Source of the DNA: Cenococcum geophilum
Lineage: Eukaryota
Reading direction: 5' to 3'
NCBI GenBank assembly: GCA_050273025.1
Contig: CP158635.1
Location: 3,224,001-3,288,000 of the forward strand
DNA: 64,000 bases
The notes below the pieces were generated by a model. It ran no database searches, was not told the DNA's origin, and worked only from the letters and a program-made list of their open reading frames with translations. Positions 63,870-64,000 of the stretch are shown here, piece after piece. The first letter of the stretch is position 1, and every line of letters begins with the position of its first letter. Made by a program: the position numbers and the translations under genes.

Positions 63870-64000
63870 ATAGTAAAGAGGATATATATATACCTATAAA
63901 ATTAGATTATTTATTAAAAAGGATCTAAAGCTAAAGAAAGAGAAGGGGAAGAATAGTAACGCTACTTAAAGTAGAGTTTTTATACGGTCCTCTACTATTA
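63870..64000 (-). repeat. Third fragment of the LTR-like repeat also at ~28270 and ~56030
   Basis: Shared cctata.aattagattat.tat..a..aggat.taaag.ta...aaag..gaagaatagtaa motif. Confidence 0.45.

Overview
Fungal (filamentous ascomycete-type) genomic window with two sharply separated compartments. Bases 1 to ~11,010 have balanced GC and hold the 5' part of an intron-containing RRP12 gene (minus), a DOCK-family GEF (SH3/C2/DHR-2, minus) and a frameshifted PNP_UDP (fungal NLR N-terminal type) pseudogene cut off at the boundary. Bases ~11,010 to 64,000 are an AT-rich, TpA-saturated block typical of repeat-induced point mutation (RIP), made of nested dead transposons. These include a foldback element of inverted 12-bp arrays, two Fot1/pogo-type MITEs, a deleted Tc1/mariner element, several Tad1-like LINEs nested up to three deep, two full-length GalEa-type copia elements in opposite orientation, a gypsy inside a gypsy, another gypsy remnant and a Helitron-type fragment. 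The most notable item is a ~1.0-kb non-coding retroposon (26562-27580, minus). It has a 13-bp target-site duplication, begins exactly at G1 of an HDV-like self-cleaving ribozyme fold, and ends with the 3' tail of the neighbouring LINE family, so it looks like a ribozyme-headed, LINE-mobilised SINE-like element. Protein motifs in the AT-rich block were read by eye after mentally reverting RIP (TA to CA/TG), so they are reconstructions rather than intact ORFs.
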